This document shows, piece after piece, positions 63,936 to 64,000 of a stretch of 64,000 nucleotides of DNA. A program made the position numbers and the translations under genes. The stretch comes from Macrostomum lignano (Eukaryota). The notes beneath the pieces were generated by a model. The model was not told the DNA's origin. It worked only from the letters and a program-made list of their open reading frames with translations, and did not search any database. The stretch spans positions 192,388 through 256,387 of the forward strand of contig NIVC01001635.1 in NCBI GenBank assembly GCA_002269645.1, written 5' to 3'. Numbering within the stretch: position 1 is the first letter of the stretch; every line of letters starts with the position of its first letter.

Positions 63936-64000
63936 CTACAAGTTCTGGCTAGAATAAAGACTAAAAATACTTCAAGCACACGAATTCCATGAACTCCAAA

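Overview
This is eukaryotic (animal) genomic DNA, not a prokaryotic locus. GC-rich exons sit between GT-AG introns packed with micro- and minisatellites. The style, including a recognisable RT retroelement fragment, suggests a free-living flatworm such as Macrostomum; that taxon is my inference. Four genes could be modelled by hand with consistent splice phases: (1) TMEM33 (minus, 2 exons); (2) a cytosolic carboxypeptidase/tubulin deglutamylase of the AGBL2/3 type (plus, about 17 exons, about 1330 aa, catalytic motifs intact); (3) a secreted C-type lectin plus PAN/apple-like protein (minus, 3 exons); (4) a very large polycystin-1-like gene (plus, more than 3600 aa, running off the window end). 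The polycystin has WSC, PKD, discoidin, REJ, GAIN/GPS, PLAT and channel domains and two single-base frameshifts. A 500-aa low-complexity ORF may be the last AGBL exon. Mobile elements: four tRNA-headed CORE-like SINE copies, a decayed LINE RT fragment, a hAT-Charlie-like terminus and foldback-like elements. The most interesting signals are: four strict RFX X-boxes in or next to the three cilia/polycystin-linked genes; E2F-consensus minisatellite arrays in inverted orientation around the first AGBL exon; a 2.5-kb CpG desert with direct evidence of CpG decay; and the unusual polycystin architecture. Most ORFs in the supplied track are artefacts of tandem repeats or antisense shadows of real exons.
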